64,000 bases of DNA from Iphione sp. A-MEVVRFRX5 (Eukaryota). Shown here piece by piece: positions 12,501 through 25,900 of this stretch. The notes below the pieces were generated by a model that was not told the DNA's origin, did no database searches, and saw only the letters and a list, made by a program, of their open reading frames with translations. Within the stretch, counting starts at the first letter, position 1. Each line of letters starts with the position of its first letter. Both the position numbers and the translations under genes were made by a program. The stretch is from NCBI GenBank assembly GCA_976226885.1, contig OZ320313.1, positions 65,038,001 through 65,102,000 of the forward strand, in the 5' to 3' direction.

Positions 12501-13014
12501 TAGCTAGCAGCGTCCCCTCAGTCTTGCCAATGGCGCCTCTGGTGAGTGTGGACGGTAGATACCCCAAAAGGTCGGAGGAAACATGCTGGCTGGAGGCGGG
12601 TGCCAGCTGGCACGCAGTGTACATCTTGCAGGTCCCAGTTGTCTGTCTATACCCGAGCCATTCCGAGCCCGCTGTGTATAGGACTATTGATGGGTACAAC
12701 ATGCAATCTGAACGCATGGTGCTAGCGCTCTGGCTCAGGAACCCCTCAAATATCGACAGGAGTGTGTGTAGCACATTAATGAAAAGCCAAGGATCTTTTC
12801 AAGCAGCATTTGGATTGTAAGGGAGTCCCAGAGGGTGTCTGTAGAAGGGTTCTTTTTAGAAGGCGTCGTGAATGAAAGAGAGGGTAATGTCAGAAATATT
12901 TTGAAGTTAGGCCTCGTTTCCTTACATGCTGCGCGGTCCATGTGCAGTTCTCTGCATTTGTCTGCATTTTTATCAATCACACTGACTTCAACGGGACCGT
13001 TATTTTACATGCAT

Positions 13015-13500
13015 GTGGTTGTCTGTGTGTGTTGCTGTGCTTTGCAGTGCCTTGCCCGTTTTCAGACCAGGACGGTTCATTTGCCACCCACGCATAGCAA
13101 CACACAAGTATTTCTTCACATTTCTTTACTTTTGAATGTGATAACTGCACATATCCACGCATTTCCGCACAATATAATCTTTTCTGGAATTTTTCTTGGC
13201 ATTTTTTGCCATTTTTCCACCTATTTTCCATGAAATAAGCCATTTTTAGCCCAGTTTCCTGTTATTTGCTGCTTTTCGGCTGAATTCCCATGAAATAAGC
13301 CATTTTTCAGCCCAGTTTCCCTGAAATTTGCCATGTTTTGGCTTTTCTTTTTGCTGTTTTTCGTATTTTCCAGTCACAAAACACACTGGTCCACACTGGC
13401 CCACACTGGTTGTCAAAAGACACCCCTGTGCGTTGCAGTGCAGTAAAACAAAATCGCCTGGAAATGCATGCACACCTTTCCTGTATGTCAATGCACGTCA
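13015..13500 (-). repeat. Interspersed repeat copy A (probable non-autonomous DNA element) with internal 60-bp direct repeat
   Basis: CATGAAATAAGCCATTTTT(C)AGCCCAGTTTCC occurs at 13229 and 13289. The reverse complement aligns by eye with 58540-58960. Confidence 0.7.
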
Positions 13501-16500
13501 ACACAAAGATGTAAAGTGGGCCTTCAGTGGTTGAAGTGGAAATGATTATTGTTGTCATGCTGTTCATCAGACAGTATTATTTGATGACGGTCTAAAAGCA
13601 GTGGTGAAGATTGTAGTTCATGAAACGAAACACGGTCAATCTGACTGTCATTCAGCATTTAGGATTTACATCGTACATCCATTTATTGTCATGTTTTACA
13701 CCTTAAATCAAAAGACTCCCAAGACCACAGACAGGTTTTGTTTCAGCTAGATACCTGTTACATGTCTATACGAAAAGAACCATCTTTAATTACAATATAA
13801 GGTGTGAACTGTGACATAGGGTAATTTTAAAGTTACCCTTGACCTAGTGTCAAGTATGCCTCCTTTGCCCAAGCTCATGATGTCTCATGTTCGCTACCAT
13901 CTTGAAGACTGTGTTGCTATACTGTAGTAAATCTCAGCACAGTCGATTCAAGCGCTGGTAGTCTGTTAACAGATCCCAGCAGTTACATGTACCCTTTCTG
14001 TTTACGCCAGCATGCACATGGTAGCGTAGGCGGCTCTGATTCCCTGCATACAATACACCAGGATTGTACCACCATTAATACTTAACACGGTTCATATGAA
14101 TGTGCTACCTCATCTTAAATTTGGCGTTAACATCACTGTGCTAAAACTTATTAGAAACTGAGATGTCGAATGCCTGATTCGTATAACTATTGCCTTGTAG
14201 TTAGCAATATACTTGTCATTGACACGAACGTATCATCGATATTTGTTGTTGTAAGGCGCTGCATATTTGAACATGGGACAAAAGAGCAGAGAGATAAAAG
14301 TGAAGATAAGGCAAAGGTGATGAAGAGTAATGTGGGGAATTAAAAGCCAGCACAAAGGAGCGAGTGAATGTTATCAGTGACAACATACCTGGAGGATCGG
14401 AGGCGGGATGAACTAGATGAATAATGAAAGTGATCCGTGGCGCAGGACTAACGAAATCATCATAACTCGTCAGTCATTTGCCAGTTCTCAGACTAGGGCA
14501 TAGTGGTCTTTTTCAGATGGAGAACGACTGCCCAGTTGAATAACGAGCACCTCGTTTCAGTGCACATTTGTAATTGTCAGGTTGAAATGTCGAGGAAACA
14601 TAGTGGAAGGTAATAATATAGCTGCTCGTCCGTATTATTATGTTTGAAAAAATACAGATGTACATGGCTAAAACATCCACGAGGCCATTTCTATTAAATT
14701 ACTCCGCGCCTTAGCATATGTACAGCGTTTCCCAACCAGTACGAATATCGAGCGTTGTACACAACCTTTGGAGGATACATTGATTTTTTTTTTCGCAAAT
14801 GTTGTGCTGTTTTCGTTTCCATTTGTTCTCATTAGGCACGCAACAACCAGGTAAATTAAAAGAAACAACACAAGGTTCGTTGCTGAAAAAATGGATTTTT
14901 TAAAAATCCACAGAAGCTTGTAACTCCAAAATATCGTTAAAATACTCCATTTGTGTGTATGCGTGTGTTACCTCTCGTCTTTGCAAAATGAGTGATAACA
15001 GTTTCGAAGTAAGTGGATCAGTACATATAAATAGACACAAATTGGTCGAATCATGTTTAATTAAGAATCTATGACGACCAGGGAAAATTCCAATGGGGGA
15101 GAAACCTGTGTTGTGGATTTCAGCCAGTAATAGTGTGTCGGCAGTCAGTGTGTAAAAGTAACGCAAGAGAGGCCTTCTAGTCCTGGCGAGTGGGCGGGGC
15201 TGGGGGATTTAGTAAGCAGGCATCCTCAAAGTGGCAGGCCCGCAGCCTTCTGGCAGCTGACAGCATGCCGCTTGGCTCTAGGAAGTAGTCGGTCAACAGC
15301 CGAGGAAGGGCTCAACTGCTCACGCCTACGCAGCCCGGCTTTTAAACTTGCCCCACCGCAGTTGCCCGCAGATGAAGATGTTGCCGGCAGACCAATATCC
15401 GATGGCCAACCCAGCCGCACTGTCTACCACTGTAAAGGCCGACGGGCAGACATCCAATGGTCATCGCGTCCTACGCTCAGTGGTAAATCAGATTGGTGAA
15501 TTCACCAGCAGCGACTAGGCCACAGTAAATAGTGGTTGTGTTAGAGCTATTATTAGAATGTTGTGATAGTTGCCCCTTCGCTGCTCTTTACCAGGAAAAA
15601 CATGGATATTGAAGTCGCGTGAGGCAGGGACAGCTGGTTTTCCTTTGAGCCAGCCAGCCCGCCTGGTCATTTCTGTATGTAGCTTGATTATATCCCGCTT
15701 ATAATGTTCTTTACTTCGAATGCGTTTCGCCCCACTTGCTTTCATTGCAGAGGATAAAGAGCGCCGTTTTAATCAGAGCTGACATTAGGATGTGATGCTC
15801 TATTATTAATGACCGTTCAGTGGATGGCATCAGTAGACTGCTCATAAATGTGATTCATCAGTAGTTGGGCCTGCTGCTCTGTAATGTGTCACAGGCTCCA
15901 CACTCGGAGAAGGCAAGGAGAGTTCTTTCATATCGTTTACGGCTGGCCGAATCGTAAAGTCGGTGCATTCGAACGACAGCGTTTGTATTCGACCATTGAG
16001 AGTTACTGAGACGCAAGGCATTAGAGTATAAAGGATGTAGCAGTTCGTCAGAAAAAAGTGCATTTTACTCTAGTGCTGTCTCATATTATAGGTCGATTAT
16101 ATAATTGAGAATGTTCCATTGTGGCAGTGTAGTTTGTCGATTGTAGCCATCGGCACTCATTACCGCCTTTGAATATAATATCAGAACAGCAGCAGAGACC
16201 ACTGACCGGGGCAGAAGGTCCTTGTTTCTAGGCACTGTGTAGCAAGAGCAAGTGCATTAGGCACGTAATAGGCGGGCAGTGTTGTCCAGCAGACTCTGGC
16301 TGAGGCTGTACTCTTCGTCAAGGGGTGGACTCTCACCGGAAAGGCTGGGGGGCGTACCAATGAAGCCTTCGGCTTTCACACGGGCAAACCACTCTATATA
16401 GACTAACCACTTGTCTGCCAGGTTCCGAAAGTCCAGCACACGCAGTGGTCTGGTCAGGCCTGAGTTTTTAAATTGTGTCTGGCAGTTACTCTCTTTGTTA

Positions 16501-18489
16501 GGTCAGGCTGTATGCTGGTACCGTTCTTGGTAATTCAGTCTGTTTACACTGATTGGGAACCTTCCTTATCTCATTTTTCTTTCAGTTTGCAGATATCATA
16601 GTCTGTATCAAGTTTCTACCCGACTACATGTTTCCTCCGTGTTGATGCACCTTCGTGACATACATCATGATAAAGCATACCCAGTAATTGGATTATGTTT
16701 AGTTTTCAACATACGCAGTTACAAGTGTGTATATAGCCAATGAGAAAAGAGGTGTGGCCAAAGTAAAGTTTCTGTTTGATCCCTGTTTGACCCATGGTCT
16801 CTTGTAGCCTTAACCTAGTTTATATCCTTACCTTACTTTAGTTTAAGTCTTGAAATTTTGTTTTTATAAAGATTTGTATGCTTTTTGTGTCCTTATGCAG
16901 TGAAATAACTATTCTATCCTGTATCTCCTTCCTATAACTCTCTGAATTAGTGTGTGTGGTCTGTTTGGCTGGGCACCAACTTGCTACCTTACAAGCTACC
17001 TTACTACCGTACTAGTTTACTGCTATTTCTTCTCTCCACTCTCTGTCTGTCTTTGATCTCTGTGTCTTGCTTGTCTGCCTTGTGGGCGTATCTCCTTATT
17101 CTTCCTGCACTCTTATTATCAGTGTGGAAGATATAATACGTTTAATTGCACATGCGTGCACGTACATCTTTACACTGTAACTAGTTTTTGAATATGCTGC
17201 CTAGTCGGGAATCATGGTATTTGCCATTGATTAGATTGCCTATGCTTGGCGCCTTGCATTAGTATAAAGAAGTCGTCATCTCTTATGTATCAATGTATTG
17301 TCAGTAATACATCCAGTGCCTGCAGAACCATAAATGATGTCAGATCACGGTCGCACCACAGCCCCGCCGCCTAAGTCTGTTTTCCTGCAGTCTGGAAACT
17401 ACATGAATCATTCGCTGCCTTCTGATGATCGAATTGGATTTAATTAGCATTTCGTGGCGACTTCGGCTAACTACAGCAAGTTGACGATATCTGACTGTCC
17501 CTGTGGATGCTCAACCTCTCTCTCACTTTTGTATAATGCGTTCAAAGGGCAACGGGTCTGCTTCTTCGGACTACCCCGCCGGCTGCTTACACGCACTGAG
17601 CTGCTCATATATACGTTACCTACTCATCTCTCTATTCGCAGGTATTTTGTCCACACGCCAGCCTTTATCAGACTTATGGTCAATATGTAATAGCTAATTG
17701 TCAGTATGTTTGTCGGCCCATCTGGCATGACATTGTTGGCCTACGCAGAGGATAGATATGCGTGCACTTTTAGGTGAATGCACTGTAATATAGACTATCA
17801 GCCTCAGTGTTACGAATAGGTTTGCGTGACTTCTCCGGGGCGCTTACACCCAATCCGACGTTCATGTACCCAGATGGGTCTTGATCCCAGGGACCTTAAC
17901 ACTGACCTGCCCTTGACTTCCACTGACCTGGCTGTCCACCGGAGTTCAGACACTTAATCATCCGCACACGAGAACGTCGAAGACAGGAGACCACACTATT
18001 AGGTTACCCCCGTTTCCATGGGAACGCCGTCTGTCCCGTCAGCAACCGTCTAACCTCTAAAAGATCCCGTATAAAAGATTTCCATAGGGCGCTAGGAACC
18101 AGTACCTTGCCAGGCAACGGTTTCCGTGATCAAGTGAATCATTTAGCTTGTTCTTCGGGCAGTTAGTCGTGTTGCAAACGTTGAACAGCAGCCTTTGTAG
18201 GAATCAGGATTAGGATAAAAGAGATTTAAGGCAAGGCATTGTCCGACGTAGACCTAACGCTACCGCTCTGTCTTAGTACACATTGACGTCACAACAACGC
18301 GAAGAGCATAGTGATGCTTATATAGAAAATATCATCCCCTGCAAGAATAGAAGCTGGTACAGCTGGTATTAGTGAAGCCTATCGAATTAATCCGTATAAT
18401 ATTGTGAATAAAGAACCAAAACCACAATTTCATATTTATCTTTTATTAAGTGTTCTCGAAGATCCAGAACATCAGTCATAGCTTCCCAA

Positions 18490-18519
18490 GTTGTCGGAAC
18501 CGCACGGGTTCTTCATCAG
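18490..18519 (-). ncRNA. Degenerate hammerhead-ribozyme-like core, possibly a Penelope-like element repeat remnant
   Basis: Minus strand reads CTGATGA-A-GAACC-CGTGC-GGTTC-CGACAAC: catalytic box, perfect 5-bp stem II, but a damaged GAAA box. AATAAAA follows about 40 nt downstream. Confidence 0.3.
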
Positions 18520-20149
18520 AGTAGTTGTTCCTGATTTCATAATGTCTAATCATCTGCTCACTTCTGACTCTTCCTAGTGCTACTGTTCGTGATGGGAATG
18601 TTCCCTAAATAGGCAGCGGTCCGGTGTCCATGAATGTTTACATTCGTCTGTCGATGAAAGACTAGGTACACGCAAGGAAATGACCGGATCATTAGGTAGG
18701 GACATCACCGGTCCTTTAGCCGCAACCACTGTACATGCAAACACCTCAGTCTGCTTCTATATTTTATATGTAAGCTATGGTACAGCTGAAACATCCACCT
18801 AGTTAGCAAATGCCCCCTCAAAAAACAACGACAAAACTATCTGTAGTTTACATCACCTTGCGTAGGCCACACTCATGTTTTAAGCCGGTTTATTTCGGGT
18901 GGTGAGTATGAGAGCCGTTTTTTTGACGAATAAGTAACTCCTTAAGGCAAGATAAGTCTTCCGTTTGCTAAGCTATCCCTCCTAGAGGATTCGTTTGGTT
19001 AATTTAATCCAATATCATTCCCCGTACCAGTGCAGAATTGTATTTTTTTCCCCATTAATGTATCTTTTGGTAACTGAAAGTAACTACTTTTCCTTTGAAA
19101 TGTCCGTTCCTAAGAACAAAATGTTACAGCAACTGGCTATTGGAAGCCCTTCCTTGCTGGTCCCCAGGTACTTGCCTAGGAAAGTTTATTTCTGATGTAT
19201 AGGTTTTCAATGAGGTTTGTGGTATTCTTAAAGAAACACAACGTCCAATTTGCTTAGAGATTCAAGTATAGGCCCCTAGAAAAGATAAGCTAATGTGGAC
19301 TAAAACGGATTTCGAACATACATGATGAGCTACCTGGCCTACTGCGATAATTCCACGCACGTAAGCAATTACAAACAAACCGGCATGCGCAAACAGGCCA
19401 TATTTTATTCAACACTACAGGCTGATGACATTTTAGCAAGCAGTTCACGAAGCTAGTCACAGCACGAATCGCTCTCATCTATAAATAGCCACAAACTGGT
19501 CACGTGGATGCTACTAGGGACCCTCTCCCGTCCTCAACCCTCAAGATGCTAGACTCGGCTTTAAATTGGTATCCCTCTTTGTCTACATGTCTCTTTTTAA
19601 ACTCACAAGTGCAGTATTTGAAGAAAATTGCGCTGCGAGGTTCCCACATTAATTCGAAGTGCAAATTCAGACTCAGAGCTCGGCCTCTTCGTGGCCGCCT
19701 CGGTTTCGACACTTCAGAAATCTGAAGTTCGCCGAGGTGTTGTGCTGAGAGAGGTAGACATTTTAGATTTGAACTGGCCTTGTAAAGAAACGAAGAAGAC
19801 AGTGACGCAGCTACCGGGGACAGATGGGGAAAGTATTGGCAAGTTTTACCGTGCATACTTCAGCTTGGCGTGGGGAGTTATCCCGGCAGTCTGAATATGT
19901 AGCATCAGAGACCACAGGAAGAGAAAGTGTCTGCCTGCAGGCAGGAGCCTCCTTAAGTCGGTACATACCTCAACGTCAGTGTTGTAGATACCCCCGTAGA
20001 GGGTGGGTGGAAGAAGCAATTAAAAGGATAAAGCAGACCAAGCGCTACAGGGAACCTACCATTTACCGTTTAGCCTTTAAAAAATGGGACTAATAACAGT
20101 ATGTTACATCTTTTAGCTTGAACAGTAGTAAATGTTGACACTTTTATTC

Positions 20150-20251
20150 GATTGGCGTAGATATTAGGTGTATACAGAACCAGTTTTACCGCTAGGTATT
20201 TGATTGGTGTAGATATTTGGTGTATACAAAACTAGTTTTTCCACTAGGTAT
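20150..20251. repeat. Diverged tandem duplication, 2 x 52 bp
   Basis: GATTGG(C/T)GTAGATATT(A/T)GGTGTATACA...CTAGGTATT starts at 20150 and 20202. Confidence 0.85.
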
Positions 20252-20512
20252 TCTAATAAGTCACCCAGTATTGGAACAGCTTCTGTCCCTACGTCCCTCC
20301 CCACCAAAAAATCCATATCGCTTACTGTGATGTTTTTATATTAAGCTTTTTAACGACAGGGTCCCAACTAATCGACAGTAGTCCGGAATTGAACTAAAAT
20401 CGTCGACGATATATAGATGTACAGCTGAATCCGGGTTAAAGACCTCAGATCACAGGGTAGAACAAAAGCAGGAGGAAGAAACAAGATTTCCAAGTCCCAA
20501 CTGCTCTCGAAT

Positions 20513-20541
20513 ACACACACATATATATATATATATATATA
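20513..20541. repeat. Compound (AC)4(AT)10 microsatellite
   Basis: Read directly. Confidence 0.9.
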
Positions 20542-22654
20542 CCAAATGAGACCAGACCTTGGAAGAGACCAGAATTGTGCAGTCCGTAGCTTGGATGCCG
20601 TTAAGGGTTTGTACTCCACCACATTTCCTGCAAAAAAGATCAAATTTCATTCGAGCCATGTTATCTTTGGCTGTGGCGTTTTTACATGTTACATTAACAG
20701 TTTGGCAATAACCAATCATGTAAAAACTTCGTTTGGCTCAGGCATATGTCGCCAGGAAATTAGTTTCGGTCAGAATTCTCCAGTAGCTTTGATGGGAATA
20801 CCGTCAAAATAACGTTCTCCTTTAAGTACCATTATGGTTTCATGTGTTAACGAATTACATTTTGTGTTATACAGTTGTGCAATTCTGTGCTCGACCGGAC
20901 TGCTGCATAGTGTGATTTGTAACCTCCACAACAGTAGTGCTACTCAAATAAGAGACTGTAGAAGGGATATTTACATATTGCACATATCTGTTTGCACATC
21001 GTAACGGATAGGAATTTCGTAACCATACAGCCTGGCTGGTGCATGCTATTGATTCCTCGCTGTTTTGTTAACGTCGCTGTAAAGTGCAGAGTGATGAAAT
21101 GCTGGCAGTTAACGACGGAATAAATCAAATTGAAATCGATAAGTGCTTGGGAATTTCAAACCAGTCGTCTGTTTTCTTTCCTGTACAAAAAGAAAGGCTG
21201 TTGACGGGCTGATTTCATCTCCATGTGTAGACACTGAATATGCTTGAATAGGAAGGCATTCATAATGATGTTTAAAATACATGTACAGTAAATCATGTAC
21301 AGTGTATGTAAATGAGACATCTCATTCTGTATAGGATAAACCATTGAGGGAAAAACACTCCTACCCCATCCATTCTTTTTTCAAAATCGATAGCATGTTA
21401 CAACTCTAGGCCATCATGCGTGAGAGATGTGAACGTCCTTTTAGAGTAGAACACACATATGAGAATCCCTCATGTAATACCTGCTCCAGAGGGGTACATA
21501 TAGTTCTTCGTTGTGTAGGTTCTCCGATTTCGACCGTCCTGTATTGTCAGCAAGTAACTGTCCCTCACATTTAAGACCTCAGGCAGATTTGTTCAGACAG
21601 CGTTGTCTCAATCACTAGTATCGACGAGCATTTGCGCAGGCGGCCGCTTTAGACTGGGTATTCCTATTTATATGGCACGTTACTCCTGTGTTTAACATTC
21701 AAGTCCCGGTAATCAAGTCTAATTTAAAAACTGCTCTCACGCTGACCGGACCGATTACCTGTAGATATATGTGGGACTTAAGCTTGAGGGCTTCTATGTG
21801 TACTCTTGACCCGGATACAAGTTACCACCCGGCGACAGGTCCTAAGCTTCGACGGGACTGCTGGGGCGTTACACGCATACAAATAACTTTATAGCGTGGA
21901 AGTGAACATAGGCTCGTCTACGTCTAGGTGATGGGAAACAGTTCAGGAAACACAAGGTTCTCAAGTTGAGTGCCTGTATGTGGATAATGAAATGAACTGT
22001 TTGAAGCTACGTTTTCCTGTTGAAATTGCCCAGTTTATCACATGAAGAACATTATATTATGTTATTGTTCCCGAGCCTTGGCGTTGCAGTCTAACCTACA
22101 AACATCTGACTGATGGACCATGTGTCTAGATCTTGTGTACAGAACGACGCTGCTTTGTATTGTTGTCGGGGACTCTAAATTTCGGAAAAGATAAGGCTGC
22201 ATGGGTATTTGTGTAAAAAAATAAGCAAAAAACAGAAAAGATTCAACGTTTGCAAAGTTATAGACCTCTAAGTTATCATACGTTGAAGTTGTGTTGAAAG
22301 ATGCCTCCAGTCCTCCTGTATTCACCTAGCATCTATTTAGGAGACTTTCTGCAGGCATGGATTTCATTCTACATAACCTCCCGTCCTTTCGCTAAGGGCC
22401 ACATTGCGTAGTATATATTTTTTCTGTGTTGCATGTCAGGGGTGTTATTTATTGCGGAAAGAAACTGAGAACATTGGGGACAATGGAAGTGAGATGCTAG
22501 TTGCCATCGCCCGTCCTGTCATGCCGTACAACAGTAGAGACTGGACAAAAAGACAAATGTCAGCGTTAATTGGACACCCTATCAGCCGTATTTCCTGAGT
22601 AGCAAAAGCAGTATGATCTTTTTGATGCACGATTGGTTCAGGTCTTTTTTTCCT

Positions 22655-22998
22655 TTACCGAATATCGAAGGTTAGGCAGACCTTTGTAGACCTGTCCAAC
22701 ACAGAAACAAGAAGCCTTTTAAAATAAGGACATCACACACAGTATTTTTCTTCGGTCAATTCAATAGGCAATATTTTAGATATTCTGTAGTGTTTAATGA
22801 ATCGCTTCGATCCTTCCCAGATTTCCTTACCGAATATCGAAGGTTAGGGAGACCTTTGTAGACCTGTCCAACACGGAAACAAGAAGCCTTTTAAAATAAG
22901 GACATCACACACAGTATTTTTCTTCGGTCAATTCAATAGGCAATATTTGAGATATTCTGTAGTGTTTAATGAATCGCTTCGATCCTTCCCAGATTTCC
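22655..22998. repeat. Near-perfect tandem duplication, 2 x 172 bp
   Basis: TTACCGAATATCGAAGG... starts at 22655 and 22827; three substitutions seen (GGCA/GGGA, ACAG/ACGG, TTTAG/TTGAG). Confidence 0.95.
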
Positions 22999-25900
22999 TT
23001 TCAAGATAAGTATGAAAAAAGTAAATGCCATAGAATGTTGCTTGTGAAAAGAAACTGGTTCCCTAACTTTAGCACAACATAATCTCCATTAGCCACCAAC
23101 TTGTACGAGCATGCATACGAAGACAATGTGTAGATCAAATAAGCCTGATGTAAAGTATCTATATCTGATTGGCATCTTTAAAACATACATATACAGCATC
23201 GTATAGGATCACTAGTCCTCAGATGGGGAAGGATAAAAGTGTCACAAGCCTGTCTGCCACATCCCATCTACCACTGCTGGCACACAACTGCCCTCTGTAG
23301 GTAATTTGTCAGGCGGCTGGCGCATGGTACTTACTCGCTTTTGACTGCAAGAAAATAAGTAGTATCACAACAAATCCGCTTTTTGTTTACACAGCTCAAG
23401 CTTGTGTGTACGTGAGCACGTGCAGGTCATGTTCGTAATATCTGTTCTTATGGTACCAGTATCCTAGGCAAATATCCTGTATCTGTCTCTTCCAGTCCTT
23501 AAGTGTGTGTCTGTCCGGTGGGTTGTGTCACTTTGTTACTCGCTCCCTTCTTCCCTGCCTTTTCCTTTCGCGCCTTTCCTCCTATGTCTTCCTCCCCTCG
23601 CTCCATAGCTTTCTCGCTCCCAATGTCCAGCGCGTTTCTCGTGCACAGTTGGAGTATCTGTTTTATTGTAGCCACCTTGTACACACAGAATGTACTACAT
23701 AGCGATGCATATGTAACACATTTGTGCGATTTTCCCGAAAATAGGGATTTCAACTATTGACTTGTACAGGAACACAGATTCTTAAACTATATTATATCAT
23801 TTACGTTTGGGCCTTTCTCTTAAACGACCGAATCATAATTTTGTCGTCAGTGTTTTTGTTTTTTAAATTGAGTACCGGCAGTGTAGCCTTTTTTTAGGAT
23901 AATTCCCGGATAGATTTAATTTTCAGTGTACGGCAACAGCATTCATCCTCCTCTGTGCAAGCAGGAAAGCCTCTGTATCTTCCTGTGTTGGCTGCACCTG
24001 GCCGGTGTTGGAACATTCAAGTGTCCATCGCCCGATCTCTCTCTTCGCCCAGCTACCTTATCAGTTCTCATCTGTTGACCCATGTGTGCGTCACACAACC
24101 ATAAACCAATCATCAAAGCAGCCACCGTAGATCTGACAGCACATCTGGTGTGTGCGTTGATTGAAGCAGCAGCTTCTGTCAAGCAATACATTGATCTGTT
24201 GTCATGACATAGGTCGCTTTCGGTCGCTGTGCAGTGGCTTGTGATGATGCCTCTAGCCGGGTCTCTACTCCTGCAAGAAAGAAAGGTCATGTTGACATCA
24301 GTGTTTGGCAACCTTGGTTGTTCTTGCGCATGCCATGTGTAAGATAGCCAATGATGACCACTGGACTGCAGCGGAGATGGTCTGTCCCGACCAAGTGCCA
24401 CTATTCTTTAACATTAGGTAGTGGCATCAAGGTCGATACTTTGTCTGGCGCCTCATTGATTGCCCCGGCCGAAGGTCCTTAGCCCTCGTGACGTAGACCT
24501 CCCCTGAGGTAGAATTTGGCCTGCTTGGCCGGCAGCAAGTGGCATGCAGTGCCGGGACGTCGAAGCCTATGGCTGATCCTTGCCAAATGAGCGAGCAACG
24601 CAGGCTTGGTCGGGGAGAGCTGGAGCCGCCTGTCTGGCTGTCCCTGGCTGGACCCAGACCAGGTGGCTGCCAGACTCATATTACATTTTATAATAGGGGA
24701 TCTGGAAGGGCTGTGTGAGAAGGGAGAGGTATGGATAAGGCCTAGTTACCAAGCATCAGGGGGTGCCGTGGAGGAAAATGTAGAGGTATACGACAGTGAA
24801 AGGGAGGTAAAGAAATTTAGATAGACACAGAGAAACCGACAGGCAAGCACGATATTCATAGGTGAACACTATTAACACAGATGTAGCATTGTACAGCAAT
24901 TTGAGATAATCATACGTGAATATGATGAGTTGGCTGGCATCATAGATAACGTTATACGTGTATATGTAGCGTCATAACGAAGTCAGAATTATCTATACAT
25001 GTTTGCTTCTTGCCCACGCCTATGGTTTCTACCACTGGCAGTGACTTCGCAGAACGCTTTAACAGCTCCGAGAAACCTACAACATCGCCTTCTCACACCT
25101 TCTTTTCAGATCTTGTTTTTACGCTTTCCGCTATCAGGCTGCAAGTGTTTCGGCCACTTTGAAAACGCCAAGGACTAATAACCCAGCGCCGACACTCACC
25201 TTTAGCACGTTCAAGACCTATCGACAAACTCTACACCAGCGCGACGCTCTGTTATTGTGTATAGCCGAGTGGCAATATGCCGTAGGGATGAGCAGTACGG
25301 AACAAACTCGGTGCGCGAGTATAAAAAAGATCCAGATCCATATTTGGGGGATCAGGGCTTCTTCCTCAGATTGCTGACGATTTAGGGAAGAGATCAATTC
25401 AGCAGAATGATCCTGTTATTTTGGGATCTACGCTGCAGCTTTCCCTCTAATAAATAATGTAAAAGGGAGATGAACAATGGATTTTTAGTTTAACATAGAA
25501 GTGGTCCTCATGATATATGTGCGTATTGCGTGTACGCGGATATTGCCACTTCTCTAGATGTGCCAAGGGTACTTGAGATGGGTTTTCTTCCATTATGTTA
25601 TGCATTTACTGTGTGGCCTCTTTAAAACGGAAGGATCGTGTTATACACCTCATCACGTAGTGTACCGAAAGTCCTCTTGTCGACCTAAAGCCGCCCGTCA
25701 AGGCTTAGAAGAGAATACTTGGGTGCACAAGGGTAGACCTCTTGAAGGGTTGAAGGACCATAATGGATGGAAGAAGTGCTGTGCACTCTTACAGCAAAAA
25801 GCAACATAAAGAAAAATAAAAAAGAACATCTAGCATAACACTCCGTATACTTTGTATAGACGTTTCCCTGTAAGAAGCCAATGTGTTCATTGAACGAAAC

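Noticed and set aside
22655-22998. CRISPR-like array
   Set aside because: Two long direct copies with no spacers, no cas genes, and a spliceosomal eukaryotic context.
24569-24619. LSPTKPALLAHLARISH resembling an LPPT..AL..H..R transposase motif
   Set aside because: The expected downstream YQ/W/GW motifs and the upstream nuclease motifs are absent.
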